Source: an uncultured Akkermansia sp. (GTDB taxonomy: Bacteria > Verrucomicrobiota > Verrucomicrobiia > Verrucomicrobiales > Akkermansiaceae). From it: 64,000 nt of DNA. This document shows positions 1 to 9,930 of the stretch, in pieces; the stretch's first letter is position 1, and each line of letters starts with the position of its first letter. A program made the position numbers and the translations under genes. Location of the stretch: contig CANQJI010000001.1 in the NCBI GenBank assembly GCA_947624205.1, positions 11,739-75,738 on the forward strand. Direction: 5' to 3'. The notes beneath the pieces were generated by a model, which saw only the letters and a program-made list of their open reading frames with translations, searched no databases and was not told the DNA's origin.

Positions 1-1
1 T

Positions 2-1033
2 GCGGATGCGATGGAGGCGGCTCTGGAGAATCCTTACATCCTCATCTTTGAGAAGAAGATCAGCAACCTGAAGGATTTCCTGCCAATCCTCGAGAAGGTG
101 GCCAAGAGCGGCAAGCCCTTCCTCATCATCGCTGAGGATATTGAGGGCGAAGCGCTGGCTGCTCTCGTGGTGAACCGCTTGCGCGGTACGCTCAATGTGT
201 GCGCGGTGAAGGCTCCCGGTTTCGGCGATCGCCGCAAAGCCATGCTGCAGGATATCGCTATCCTGACAGGCGGACAGTGCATCTCTGAGGACCTCGGTCT
301 GAAGCTTGAGAATGTGGAAATCTCCCAGCTTGGCATCGCCAAACGCGTGGTGGTTACCAAAGACACGACCGTGATCATTGAGGGCGCCGGCAAGTCCGCG
401 GATATCTCTGCTCGCGTCTCTCAGATTCGCAAGCAGATTGAGGATACTACGAGTGACTACGATCGTGAGAAACTCCAGGAGCGCCTCGCAAAACTCGCCG
501 GCGGCGTGGCTGTCATCAAGGTGGGCGCTGCGACTGAGACTGAAATGAAGGAGAAGAAGGATCGCGTGGATGATGCTTTGCATGCCACTCGCGCTGCTGT
601 GGAAGAGGGTATCGTGCCGGGCGGCGGCGTGGCGCTCATTCGTGCCCAGAAGGCCATTGCGAAACTTAAGCTTACGGGCGACGAGAAGACCGGCGCTGAT
701 ATCGTGTACCGCGCGGTGGAATCTCCGCTGCGCCAGCTGGTGGAAAATGCCGGTCGCGAATCTGCCCTCATCGTGGAGAAGGTGAAGGGACTCAAGTCCG
801 CTACCGAAGGTTACAACGTGGTGACGGATGAGTACGAAGACCTGCTCACCAGCGGTGTCGTGGATCCGACCAAGGTTGCTCGCACAGCTTTGCAGAATGC
901 AGCTTCCATTGCGGGTCTCATGTTGACCACCGAGTGTCTCATCACCGAACTGCCGGAGAAGAAGTGCTCCTGCAACCACGGCGGTGGTGGAGCCGACATG
1001 GGAGGCATGGGCGGTATGGGCGGCATGATGTAA
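2..1033 (+). CDS. groL: Chaperonin GroEL, C-terminal ~340 aa; the 5' end lies upstream of the window
   Basis: The ORF is open from the window edge. It contains GroEL blocks [52 protein letters not shown] and [20 protein letters not shown], plus the Gly-Met tail [10 protein letters not shown]. Confidence 0.97.
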   Translation, partial: ADAMEAALENPYILIFEKKISNLKDFLPILEKVAKSGKPFLIIAEDIEGEALAALVVNRLRGTLNVCAVKAPGFGDRRKAMLQDIAILTGGQCISEDLGLKLENVEISQLGIAKRVVVTKDTTVIIEGAGKSADISARVSQIRKQIEDTTSDYDREKLQERLAKLAGGVAVIKVGAATETEMKEKKDRVDDALHATRAAVEEGIVPGGGVALIRAQKAIAKLKLTGDEKTGADIVYRAVESPLRQLVENAGRESALIVEKVKGLKSATEGYNVVTDEYEDLLTSGVVDPTKVARTALQNAASIAGLMLTTECLITELPEKKCSCNHGGGGADMGGMGGMGGMM

Positions 1034-1072
1034 AAAATTCTCTACCTAAGAGAAATAGAGCCTCGATAGCCC

Positions 1073-1108
1073 CCGGCGCGTTTGTCTTTTCCAAGGCAGG
1101 CGCGCCGG
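1073..1108. terminator. GC-rich hairpin between convergent groL and the EEP-family gene; possible bidirectional terminator
   Basis: Arms CCGGCGCG (1073-1080) and CGCGCCGG (1101-1108) are perfectly complementary with a 20-nt loop. There is no clear U-tract on either strand. Confidence 0.3.
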
Positions 1109-1177
1109 CCTCGTTGGGGGGAAGAGGGTGTTTCTCAAGGTGTAACTACCAGGATTCCATCCAATATACAGGAAATG

Positions 1178-2101
1178 TTACGGCAGGTCACACCAGACAG
1201 CACGGTGGTCACTGCCGGAGCTATGGCGGGGCTTTTCGACAATACCTTTTTTTGCTCTATGGTTCATGATATTTTGCAGAGCCGGACTGACGTATATCTG
1301 GTCATAGGCAGAGATTTCGTTGAGGGAGGTGTAGGAGACTGTCCATGCTTCACCGTGTGGGTCAACCGCTTTGACGTGGTGTAGAGCCATTTGCTTATTA
1401 CGAGGCTGCGTGAGGGAACGAAAGATGGGATCCTCCGGGCCGGTATTCCAATCACCGAAGACGAGCAAGGGGAGTTTTGGCTCTTTTTGCAGTGCGTGCT
1501 GCACGTGCTGCGCCAGCGTGTGCATTTCCCGCTCGCGCTGGATAGCTGCAGCGTCCTGATCATTTGTTTTGCGAGATTTGAGGTGTACACCGATAATGCG
1601 CCACTGGCGGGAGTCCGGGGCACGGAGGGTGATATCGAGAATCCCACGTAACATGCGTCGGTTAGTTTTTTCTCCCACGAGACGGTAGTTTGCCCGGGAT
1701 TGGTTGCGGACGATGGGGATATCCGATAAAATACCGAGGGCTCGGTCTTCCCCGTGACGCTCCAGCACGAACATATGCTCATAGTGCAGTCCTCGTTTTT
1801 CAAGGCGTGCGGCGAGATCTCTCAATGCCGCTTGCCCGCCGATTTCAATAAGACCCACCACATTCGGGTGCACGGAGGCTATATCGCGAGCCACTGCTTC
1901 TCGTTCTCCGACCGACTTAATTGGACGTGGATAGGGTGCGCGCTGGACATCCTCCGCGACGAAATAATTGCGGACATTCAGCATCAGAAAACGTACAGGC
2001 TGTCGTATATCTGTCGCATTCTCAACGGCGGTAGCTAAGGGCAGGATGAGCAGCCCCAACCATCCAAGGAGGAGGCGTAAGCAGGAGGAAAAAGTTCTCA
2101 T
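1178..2101 (-). CDS. Endonuclease/exonuclease/phosphatase (EEP) family protein, secreted
   Basis: C-terminal EEP signature ...GDWNTGPED... and ...SGSDHRAVWCDLP. I chose the ATG at 2101 (MRTFSSCLRLLLGWLGLLILPLA, signal-peptide-like) because the longer ORF start at 2167 would overlap the upstream gene. Confidence 0.8.
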   Translation of the reverse strand: MRTFSSCLRLLLGWLGLLILPLATAVENATDIRQPVRFLMLNVRNYFVAEDVQRAPYPRPIKSVGEREAVARDIASVHPNVVGLIEIGGQAALRDLAARLEKRGLHYEHMFVLERHGEDRALGILSDIPIVRNQSRANYRLVGEKTNRRMLRGILDITLRAPDSRQWRIIGVHLKSRKTNDQDAAAIQREREMHTLAQHVQHALQKEPKLPLLVFGDWNTGPEDPIFRSLTQPRNKQMALHHVKAVDPHGEAWTVSYTSLNEISAYDQIYVSPALQNIMNHRAKKGIVEKPRHSSGSDHRAVWCDLP

Positions 2102-2115
2102 AAAAGCAATAAAGT

Positions 2116-3000
2116 TTATTTGCGATTGAGGTGCCGAGGATCCACTTCCTCCATCCTCTTCTCCCATGCGGCGGCTTCCTGATCGTTTTTGTCCGTGAAT
2201 TTTCCGCTGCGCAGAAAGTCGATGAGTAAAGCGATGGCAGGGACATGGTTTTGCCCGGCGGCGAGGCGTAGATAACGGATGCCCTCATCGGTGTTTTTCT
2301 CCACTTGCTCGCCTTGCAGCAGAAGAAGCGCATAGACAAGTTGGGAGCGGGCATCGCCCCCATTGGCGGCGATTTCGTACCATTGGGCGGCTTCTTTCAT
2401 GTTGCGAGGAATGCTCCCTCGTCCGGTGGCGTAGAGGTTTCCTAGAGCGGAGGCTGCAGTGCAGGCAGGGGATGCCACACGCGTCGCAACGGTTCTCTTC
2501 AGCCATTTGACTCCTTCTTGTATACTTTCCGGTCGTTGTATGAGTTCGGCACCGAGGGCCAGGGAGGCATCTGCCACGCCGGCTTCCGCTGCTTGTCGCC
2601 AGAAGGAGAGAGCTTTTTGAGTGTCCTGAGGCACACCTTGTCCCCGTTTGTAGATGAGTCCGATGTAATAGAGGGCCTCTTTGTTGCCCTGATTCGCTGC
2701 GGCGGTAAACCATTTGAGAGCCTCTTTCCCATCCGCTGCAATACCATATTTCCCGCCCTGCAGGTAGATGCCGCCGAGGTCGGTTTGAGCCTGAAGAAAT
2801 CCGCTTTCAGCAGCCCGTCGAAGCCATCGGATCGCCTGATGCGGGTCGGCGGCCGTGTTTGGTGTGCTCGGTTGTAATAACTCACGAACTCGTGCATACA
2901 TCTCCTGAGGTGTATTCGGTTCGTGCTGCTTTTCTTTTCCACAGCCAAGTAAAAATGCTGTTGCTACCACGGTTACCCACCGACTGATGCGTCTCCTCAT
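2116..3000 (-). CDS. Sel1-repeat (TPR-like) lipoprotein
   Basis: N-terminus MRRRISRWVTVVATAFLLGCG has a lipobox (LLGC). The rest is repeated ~36-aa Sel1 units such as AQTDLGGIYLQG, ALYYIGLIYKRGQGVPQD and ALGNLYATG. Confidence 0.85.
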   Translation of the reverse strand: MRRRISRWVTVVATAFLLGCGKEKQHEPNTPQEMYARVRELLQPSTPNTAADPHQAIRWLRRAAESGFLQAQTDLGGIYLQGGKYGIAADGKEALKWFTAAANQGNKEALYYIGLIYKRGQGVPQDTQKALSFWRQAAEAGVADASLALGAELIQRPESIQEGVKWLKRTVATRVASPACTAASALGNLYATGRGSIPRNMKEAAQWYEIAANGGDARSQLVYALLLLQGEQVEKNTDEGIRYLRLAAGQNHVPAIALLIDFLRSGKFTDKNDQEAAAWEKRMEEVDPRHLNRK

Positions 3001-3043
3001 ACCCCTACTTTACCATATCTTGTCTTCTGTGCGCAAGTCCTGT

Positions 3044-3556
3044 TCAATCGCAAATTTGGGATACGATTGGAAAATGTTTTACACTGTTATGCACTGTGTC
3101 GTAGACGGCGAATGAAGGAGATCCAAAGCGGCCTTGAATATCGCCGGGGTTGGCGATAAGGGAGGAGCCCAGCATGTGTTGTTCGGGGAGATGCGTGTGA
3201 CCGAAGAAGAGGGCATCAAACTCCCCGGTGGCGGCAGCAATACGGAGAGATTCGTTCGGTACGTGGGTGAGGTAGAGGTGACGGTTATCGAGGGTGGTAT
3301 CCGTAGAGGAGGAGTGGAAGATTGTATTTGCCCAGGGGTGAGCACAAGCGAGAAATTGCGCGATGGGGTAATCATTATTGCCCGGTACGAGTTCCATGGC
3401 GTGCGGCCAGGCGGCACGCAGAAAACGGAGGGTGTCTGGGGTTGCCAGGTCGCCCAGGAAAATCAGGTGGCGGCAATCGGCAGCCAGGGCTTGTTGTACG
3501 GCGCGGTGCAAATGATCAAGCTCATCGTGAGCGTCTGACATGAGGGCTATGAGCAT
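3044..3556 (-). CDS. Metallophosphoesterase, YfcE/MJ0936-like
   Basis: Calcineurin-like phosphoesterase motifs appear in order: MSDAHD, GDLATP, GNNDYP, GHTH. Confidence 0.85.
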   Translation of the reverse strand: MLIALMSDAHDELDHLHRAVQQALAADCRHLIFLGDLATPDTLRFLRAAWPHAMELVPGNNDYPIAQFLACAHPWANTIFHSSSTDTTLDNRHLYLTHVPNESLRIAAATGEFDALFFGHTHLPEQHMLGSSLIANPGDIQGRFGSPSFAVYDTVHNSVKHFPIVSQICD

Positions 3557-3568
3557 GGGCAGGAAAGA

Positions 3569-5689
3569 TCAATCGACAAAGATGGGGGAGAGGGGAGCAG
3601 GAGACCGTAAGGGCGAACCGGCAGGGGAATCGACGAGTTTACCGTCGGAGAAGTACCGCAGCGTCTTACCCGGGGGTGGCGGGGAATCTTTGAAATGCGG
3701 TGTTCCTGTGGTGTCCACATAGCCGATGTAGCCCGCAGGTTCTTTGAGAATGGCAGAAAAATTACACCGAATTTCTTCGGTGTAGGGACGGTTGGCATGT
3801 TGCCGAAACCACTCTGAGAAAGATTTTTCCGCCTGCCCAGCATGTGGGGAGTGGCTTAGCCAACAAGTGACATTGAGCGGAAATTCAAGACGGCGGCACA
3901 GGGCGTGGAAGGAGTCGGAATCTTCTTTTAATGCGGGGGAGAAAGTGTGGCAGAGCTTTTCTTGTTCCGGCAGATTATGCAGGACTTCCATCAGGGTGCT
4001 GTACAGGTATGCCCGTGCGAGAGCCGGCGTGGCATCGAGTTTTGAGGAAGTGAGAACGCCGAGAAGTTTCGGCACATTCGCCTGCAAGAAGAAGGTGGAG
4101 CGGTCGATTCCGGTGGCATCCAGAATAGGCGCGGCATTCAGCAGGCGGGAGCCGGCGTAGGCGAAAGATTTGAGCGTCATGGCAGAGGCGGTGTGAACCG
4201 TGGGATCCATGGTGGAGAGTTCGAAAGACACACTGCCATCCTGCTCCATCTTCGGCGCTTTCTCGGTGTAAAAGGTGCGACCATCATGAGTATCTACGGT
4301 GTAGACTGGGCGTCGCAAGGTGGCGGAGGTGAAGACATCTTCCATGAGTTGTAGATGACGTTGGTTTGCCGGAAGTGCCGGACCGAAAGAGGGACCATTC
4401 TGCAGCAGCGCCCGAATGATGTGCGGGGGAATGGAGGTGGGCAGTCCGTGTCGAACAGCACGCAGTTGTTCCAGCATGGTAGTTGGTTCCGGCAAGTGGC
4501 GAAGCGTATTTGCTACCGCCTGGGCAGGGTTGTATGCTCCCGGGACGAAACCTTTCACTCCCTTGAGGTACTCTTCATAATTACGTGCGGTGCTTACCAG
4601 TACGGTGATACGGTGGAAAGCTTCAATGTCGTGCAAAAGTGCATTGACGGTTTCCATCTCTTCCCGCAGGGGGAGAATTAATAGTGGATCAAGAGTGAAA
4701 GTTTCCCGAGCGTCATCGAATTCATCGCAGATTTTGACCAATTCTTTACGTAGGGAGAGTAGAGCCTCTCGATCACTCAGAGGGTCACCGGTGAGCGTCG
4801 GTGTGCGTCGTGCCCGGGAGATGCGAGAGATAACCTCCTCTTTCTGTCGCTCCAGCGTCACTTGCTCAGGGCGACAGAGAGCATCCCATTCTGCCAGCAG
4901 TTTTCCGGAGTACGGCATAGGAAGCTTCCGGATGGTGCGCAGGAAAGAGCCACGTTCCTCAACACTCAGCGTGGAAACGGCATGAAGACGCTTGTATACC
5001 TCCAGACGCCGGGAGAGTTCATGGAAGGAGGCGAGAACCTGCTGCTGCCAGGCGCGTGTCCGCCTGGTGAGGGAAATCACCGAGGGAAGCAGCAGGTGGT
5101 TGATGCCGGTGTCCACCGCATCCAGTAGTGATTGAGTCCTATCCCATTCATTTGCTTCCATCGCATTTTCCAGACGGATAGAGAGGGAGGAGGCTCGCTC
5201 TCGTAGTACCAAAACGACGCAGCTCGTAATGATTACGATAAAAATCAGAACGACGATTACGCGCCGCGTCCAGTTCGAAGTTTTCCTTCTCCTCTGCTTC
5301 AGTTCACACGCCAGCTTGGAAAGCAGAGCCGAAGTGCCGGGCGGGGCCGGAGTCTTCCGTCGCTTCAGGGTAGAGATATGATCGCGCAGGACGCGCTGGA
5401 GTGAGCGGAGTTCGGAGGTGGTGACGGTGTCGAAGGCTTCGCCAATCGGCCATTTTTCGAGGAGATGAGCGATGGCGTAGTGCGCCTCTTTTCCTTCTCG
5501 GATGCCGCGTTCTTTTTCGTTTTCTGTGCAGCGGAGACGCTTACCTGCCTTGAGTCGCGCCAACTCAGCAGCGACTGATTGATCTTGTGGGTTTTTGGAG
5601 AGAAGATCTTCAAGCAATGCACGCACTTCTGACGTCCTGCCGGAGAGAGCGAGACGCCTGATGCGGCGCCATGGAGGGAGTGAACTCAT
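3569..5689 (-). CDS. Hypothetical single-pass membrane protein (706 aa)
   Basis: Long ORF with coding-like composition. It has one strongly hydrophobic segment (VIVVLIFIVIITSCVVLVLR) after a basic N-terminal region. I recognised no catalytic motif. Confidence 0.7.
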   Translation of the reverse strand: MSSLPPWRRIRRLALSGRTSEVRALLEDLLSKNPQDQSVAAELARLKAGKRLRCTENEKERGIREGKEAHYAIAHLLEKWPIGEAFDTVTTSELRSLQRVLRDHISTLKRRKTPAPPGTSALLSKLACELKQRRRKTSNWTRRVIVVLIFIVIITSCVVLVLRERASSLSIRLENAMEANEWDRTQSLLDAVDTGINHLLLPSVISLTRRTRAWQQQVLASFHELSRRLEVYKRLHAVSTLSVEERGSFLRTIRKLPMPYSGKLLAEWDALCRPEQVTLERQKEEVISRISRARRTPTLTGDPLSDREALLSLRKELVKICDEFDDARETFTLDPLLILPLREEMETVNALLHDIEAFHRITVLVSTARNYEEYLKGVKGFVPGAYNPAQAVANTLRHLPEPTTMLEQLRAVRHGLPTSIPPHIIRALLQNGPSFGPALPANQRHLQLMEDVFTSATLRRPVYTVDTHDGRTFYTEKAPKMEQDGSVSFELSTMDPTVHTASAMTLKSFAYAGSRLLNAAPILDATGIDRSTFFLQANVPKLLGVLTSSKLDATPALARAYLYSTLMEVLHNLPEQEKLCHTFSPALKEDSDSFHALCRRLEFPLNVTCWLSHSPHAGQAEKSFSEWFRQHANRPYTEEIRCNFSAILKEPAGYIGYVDTTGTPHFKDSPPPPGKTLRYFSDGKLVDSPAGSPLRSPAPLSPIFVD

Positions 5690-5708
5690 GCGGCAAGTGT
5701 TTCCAATG

Positions 5709-5739
5709 CGAAAACGGCGCGGATCAAAGTCCGCGCCGG
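5709..5739 (-). terminator. Intrinsic terminator downstream of pgk
   Basis: On the minus strand, CGGCGCGGA-ctttga-TCCGCGCCG is followed by GTTTTCG. It lies 35 nt after the pgk stop. Confidence 0.55.
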
Positions 5740-5772
5740 TATCTTCGAGTTTCAGGAAAAGAAAGCACGGAA

Positions 5773-6972
5773 TTATTTTTCTGTAAGCGAGCCGATGCCC
5801 GGCAGAACCTTACCTTCCAGTAGTTCCAGGGATGCACCGCCGCCCGTTGAGCAGAAAGAAAGCTTATCCGCCACCTTAAACTTTTTGGCAGCCGTCACAG
5901 AATCTCCACCGCCGACAATAGAGATGCAGTCACTCTCTGCCAGACATTCGGCGATGGCTTTGGTGCCCTTGGAGAAGGAGTCCAGCTCAAAGACGCCAAG
6001 AGGTCCGTTCCAGAGCACGGTCTTTGCTTCCCGAAGGATGGCACAAAACTCTTCGATAGCTTTGTCGCCGATGTCGATACCCATGCCACCCTCGGGAATC
6101 TCGCCACCTTCTGCGATGGGGGCTGTGACGTGGGTTTCGGCCCCCTCTTCGAACTTGAAGGTGTAACGTACGTCTGCGGGCAGTACGAAGCGCACGCCTC
6201 TGGATTTCGCGTCTGCCAAGATTTGGTTGGCCAAGTCCAGCTTATCTGCCTCAATCTTGGAAGAGCCGACCTTATGTCCCTGTGCGGCGAGGAAGGTGTT
6301 GGCCATTGCTCCACCGATGAGGAAGGTTTGGCTCTTCTCCATGAGTTTGGAAAGCACCTGAATTTTGTCCGATACCTTCGCGCCACCCATGATTACCACA
6401 AACGGTTGCGTGGGGGACTCCAGCTTGCCCTCCAGGTACTCCAGCTCGTGCTCAATGAGGAAACCCATGGCGGATTTCTCGGCAAAATGCGTCACGCCCT
6501 CGGTAGAGGCGTGTGCGCGGTGGGCAGAGCCGAAAGCATCATTTACATACAGTTTTGCATGACCGAGTAGCGCCCTCGCAAAATCCGGGTCATTTTTCTT
6601 TTCTTTTTTATCGAAGCGTACGTTGTCCAGCAGCAATACATCCCCATCCTTTAGCGATGCGCGAGCCGCTGTAGCCGCTTCTCCAATGGTCTCTGGCACG
6701 AATGCCACCGGTTTACCCAGCAGCTCGGAGAGGCGCTCCGCTGCCGCCTTCAGAGAGAATTCTGCCTGATATCCCGTGCCTTCCGGACGTCCCAAGTGTG
6801 AGCAGAGCACCAGACGAGCCCCATGCTCCAGCAGATATTTGATCGTGGGCAGAGCCGCCACGATGCGTGCATCGTTGGTGATAACACCATCCTTCATTGG
6901 CACATTGAAATCCACCCGCATGAGGACTTCCTTGCCGGTTACATCGAGATCTCGGACTGTAAGTTTAGCCAT
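5773..6972 (-). CDS. pgk: Phosphoglycerate kinase
   Basis: 399 aa. It begins MAKLTVRDLDVTGKEVLMRVDFNVP and contains the PGK blocks SHLGRP, NDAFGSAHRAHAST and STGGGASLELLEGK. Confidence 0.97.
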   Translation of the reverse strand: MAKLTVRDLDVTGKEVLMRVDFNVPMKDGVITNDARIVAALPTIKYLLEHGARLVLCSHLGRPEGTGYQAEFSLKAAAERLSELLGKPVAFVPETIGEAATAARASLKDGDVLLLDNVRFDKKEKKNDPDFARALLGHAKLYVNDAFGSAHRAHASTEGVTHFAEKSAMGFLIEHELEYLEGKLESPTQPFVVIMGGAKVSDKIQVLSKLMEKSQTFLIGGAMANTFLAAQGHKVGSSKIEADKLDLANQILADAKSRGVRFVLPADVRYTFKFEEGAETHVTAPIAEGGEIPEGGMGIDIGDKAIEEFCAILREAKTVLWNGPLGVFELDSFSKGTKAIAECLAESDCISIVGGGDSVTAAKKFKVADKLSFCSTGGGASLELLEGKVLPGIGSLTEK

Positions 6973-7074
6973 AGTTTGATTGAGTTTCGCTGTGAAAAAT
7001 TTCCCGGGGATGCCCGGCGCGTGCGCATTATAGTCTATTCACAAGAAATGTCAAGATTGGGAAGAGAACCATTA

Positions 7075-7386
7075 GGGCAAAAGCATTAGAAAATGCGTCT
7101 GCCTATGTACGAGGTACAACACGCACGACGGTGGTAAGTGCGGATGGACAACGCGGATGCGTTGCCTCGCAGGGGCGAACCGCCGATGGGGCGGCGGTGA
7201 GTCAACTTTCGACGTACGATTTGGGGAGTTCCCGCGCTTGCGCGCGAATCTGGCGAACGAGAGGGGAGCTTCAGAGTCATCAGCATGATGACCGCTCGTT
7301 GTCATGATTTTTGATGCGTTTAAACAATAACATCAGTCAATAAGGGCATTCCTTTGTTGATTAACTTCTCCTCAAATGCGTTTGCC
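7075..7386 (+). repeat. Modular palindromic MITE-like element, copy 1
   Basis: Left hairpin GGGCAAAAGCATTAGAAAATGCGTCTGCC, TACGA heptads, the 87-nt double-hairpin module (7118-7204), the GAGTTCCCGCGCTTGCGCGCGAAT palindrome, and a right arm ending CTCAAATGCGTTTGCC. Confidence 0.85.
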
Positions 7387-7765
7387 TTGATCCCATGTAG
7401 TTCACGTGGCAGCTGAGCGCACGCAGATTTGTCGCCACATTGCCCGTACCTCCCGGCATCTTTTCTTGACGGGTAATCTCGAAAATCGGCACAGATGCTT
7501 CCGGGGAAATGCGCTCTCCCCGTCTTATTGTACGGGCGACAGGGTTTGAATATGCTTTTACTCTCGTGGTAAAAGCCGTTTTTCTCCTTACGAGAGCGCA
7601 ACATTCTGTGCTTATGGCGTGCTTTTATGATGTTCCCAATGCTTCCTTATCTATTGCCTGTATTTGCGATATAGATTTATGGTGCGCCCTTTTTGTCCGC
7701 ATGGGCATCACGGAGAACGAATTTTCGTTGTTTTTCGGAAAAGTTCCTGATAATATGAGCGGAGA

Positions 7766-8161
7766 ATGGCTGAGCTTTGTGCAGAACAGGACGATGCACC
7801 GCGTTTTTCAGATGCGCTGCTCATTCTCTGTATCCTCGTGTTGCCGTTGCTTTTTTTCTTAGGCGTCATCTTCTCGTGCGGGGTGGTGTTTCTTGGGATG
7901 GTCCCCGCCGCTCTAGTGTACTTGCTGTTGCGACATAGGTGCACACGCTGTCGCTGTGCGTACTATGCGAGCGGGGCAGGAATTGCCGTGCCGTGGCTCC
8001 TATTCATGTTGTTTGCTGTGACTTTTAACGGGGCCTATTCTCTGTTGGATGTTGGGTTGTGTGTCATATATACTTTGTGTGTGATAGCGGTGCATGGGGT
8101 TGCTTTTTTGATATTCTACGCTCTGTGGAGATGGAACCGTGCGGGGCATCTGCAACCATAG
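7766..8161 (+). CDS. Hypothetical small polytopic membrane protein (131 aa)
   Basis: GGAG lies 4 nt upstream of the ATG. The product has about four hydrophobic helices. No homology recognised. Confidence 0.4.
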   Translation: MAELCAEQDDAPRFSDALLILCILVLPLLFFLGVIFSCGVVFLGMVPAALVYLLLRHRCTRCRCAYYASGAGIAVPWLLFMLFAVTFNGAYSLLDVGLCVIYTLCVIAVHGVAFLIFYALWRWNRAGHLQP

Positions 8162-8283
8162 CCGAACCTCCTTCTCGATGCGTCCACGCGTAACATACCT
8201 GATGGTGTTCCCGTCATGCGAAGATTTGAATCTTTCTCCTTTCGGTTCCCTCACTTTCTCGGAGCCTTTCATCAGTCCGGGAC

Positions 8284-8524
8284 AGGGCAAACGCATTAGG
8301 CAATGCGTTTGCCTATGTACGACGTACGATGTTGGATGTACGATTTATTAATAATGTGCGCGTTGCGCAGATTTTTTCGGATCATTAATGTATGCTGAGA
8401 TTCCTCTAGAGCCATCATCATGATGACTGCTGGTTGTCATGATTTTTGATGTGTATAAACATGGATATCAGTTAATAACGGCATTTTCTCTGTTGATTGG
8501 CTTCCCTCAAATGCGGTTACCCTA
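8284..8524 (+). repeat. MITE-like element, copy 2 (short subfamily), flanked by an 11-bp direct repeat
   Basis: Starts AGGGCAAACGCATTAGG and ends CAAATGCGGTTACCCTA. CAGTCCGGGAC is present at 8273-8283 and again at 8525-8535. Confidence 0.85.
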
Positions 8525-8694
8525 CAGTCCGGGACGCGAGCGTTGCTTCCGTCACGACAGTCTGATAAGATACAGCTTCACGGAGGCGCCTCGTGCCGTC
8601 CAGGATGCCATGCGAGGGCTGTAAGGCGCGATGACGTCGTATCCTGGTAATTTGTCTTTTCTCTTGGGGAAAGATGCTGTAGAATAGCGGCGTT

Positions 8695-9816
8695 ATGTTG
8701 CAAGCAGGTATTGTAGGATTGCCGAATGTTGGGAAGTCGACTTTGTTCAATGCGGTGACTCGTTCTCGCAAGGCGGAGGCTGCGAATTATCCATTCTGTA
8801 CGATTGATCCCAATGTGGGGGTGGTGGAGGTGCCGGATGCACGGCTGGCGGTGCTGGCGGAGATGAGTAAGAGCGCGCAGATTGTGCCTGCTGCCATTGA
8901 ATTTGTGGATATCGCCGGTCTGGTGAAGGGAGCGGCAGAGGGGGCAGGGCTCGGCAATAAGTTCCTTTCCCACATCCGGGAGACAGACGCCATCGTGCAG
9001 GTGGTGCGCTGTTTTGAAGATGCAGACATCATCCATGAGTTGGGGAGTGTGGATCCCGTGCGTGACATAGAGATCATCAATAACGAACTTATTCTGGCTG
9101 ACCTGGCATCGCTGGAAAAACGCAAAGAAACGCGCGTGAAGAAAGCGAAGAGCGGGGATAAGGAGGCGAAGGAAGAAGTGGCGCTCATTGACAAACTCAT
9201 GCCTCATTTGGACGCGGGGAACCCGGCAATTACGCTGGAGTTGAGTGAGGCAGAGCGTAAGTTGTTGAAGTCTTTTTTCCTGCTGTCGGACAAAAAGAGC
9301 ATTTTTGCCTGCAATGTAAGTGAGTCCGAATTGGCGGCAGTGTTGGCAGATCCGGATGCGCATCCTTTTGTGGGAGCTGTGAGGCGGTATGTTGCGGCGC
9401 AGCACCACGCTGAGGCGGTGGTAATTTCCGCGCGCATCGAAGAGGAGCTTGCCGAGCTGCCGGAGGAGGAAGCACGGGAATATCTGCAGGCCCTCGGTGT
9501 GGAGGATTCGGGCGTAAGTTTGCTTATTCGTGCCGTGTACCATCTGCTTGGTTTGCGCACGTACCTGACAACTGGTCCGAAGGAAACGCGGGCATGGACT
9601 ATCCCTGCCGGGGCAAAAGCGCCGCAGGCAGCCGGGGTTATTCATACGGACTTTGAACGGGGATTCATCGCGGCTCAGGTGGTGGCGTATGAGGATCTGG
9701 TAGCGTGCGGTTCATTGCTCAAGGCGAAGGAAAATGCCAAGCTGCGCATTGAAGGAAAGGACTACGTCGTACAGGATGGGGATGTGGTTGAATTCCGCTT
9801 CAATGTTTCCAAGTAA
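8695..9816 (+). CDS. ychF: Ribosome-binding ATPase YchF
   Basis: N-terminal [17 protein letters not shown]-loop, [11 protein letters not shown], and a C-terminal TGS-like ...HTDFERGFI...[13 protein letters not shown]. Confidence 0.95.
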   Translation: MLQAGIVGLPNVGKSTLFNAVTRSRKAEAANYPFCTIDPNVGVVEVPDARLAVLAEMSKSAQIVPAAIEFVDIAGLVKGAAEGAGLGNKFLSHIRETDAIVQVVRCFEDADIIHELGSVDPVRDIEIINNELILADLASLEKRKETRVKKAKSGDKEAKEEVALIDKLMPHLDAGNPAITLELSEAERKLLKSFFLLSDKKSIFACNVSESELAAVLADPDAHPFVGAVRRYVAAQHHAEAVVISARIEEELAELPEEEAREYLQALGVEDSGVSLLIRAVYHLLGLRTYLTTGPKETRAWTIPAGAKAPQAAGVIHTDFERGFIAAQVVAYEDLVACGSLLKAKENAKLRIEGKDYVVQDGDVVEFRFNVSK

Positions 9817-9930
9817 GGCGTATTTTCCATTTGGCTTCCTGTGAGGATCAGCATCATCTCTTATCTCCTTGAAAGAGGTGTATAGTGGAGAGTCCTCCAT
9901 TTGAAGCATTCCTCCCCTCATGCCCTTCGA

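Noticed and set aside
7509-7862. A 117-aa ORF overlapping the start of 7766-8161
   Set aside because: It starts inside sequence next to the repeat, and I see no ribosome-binding site. It overlaps the somewhat better supported membrane-protein ORF, and its composition is not convincing.
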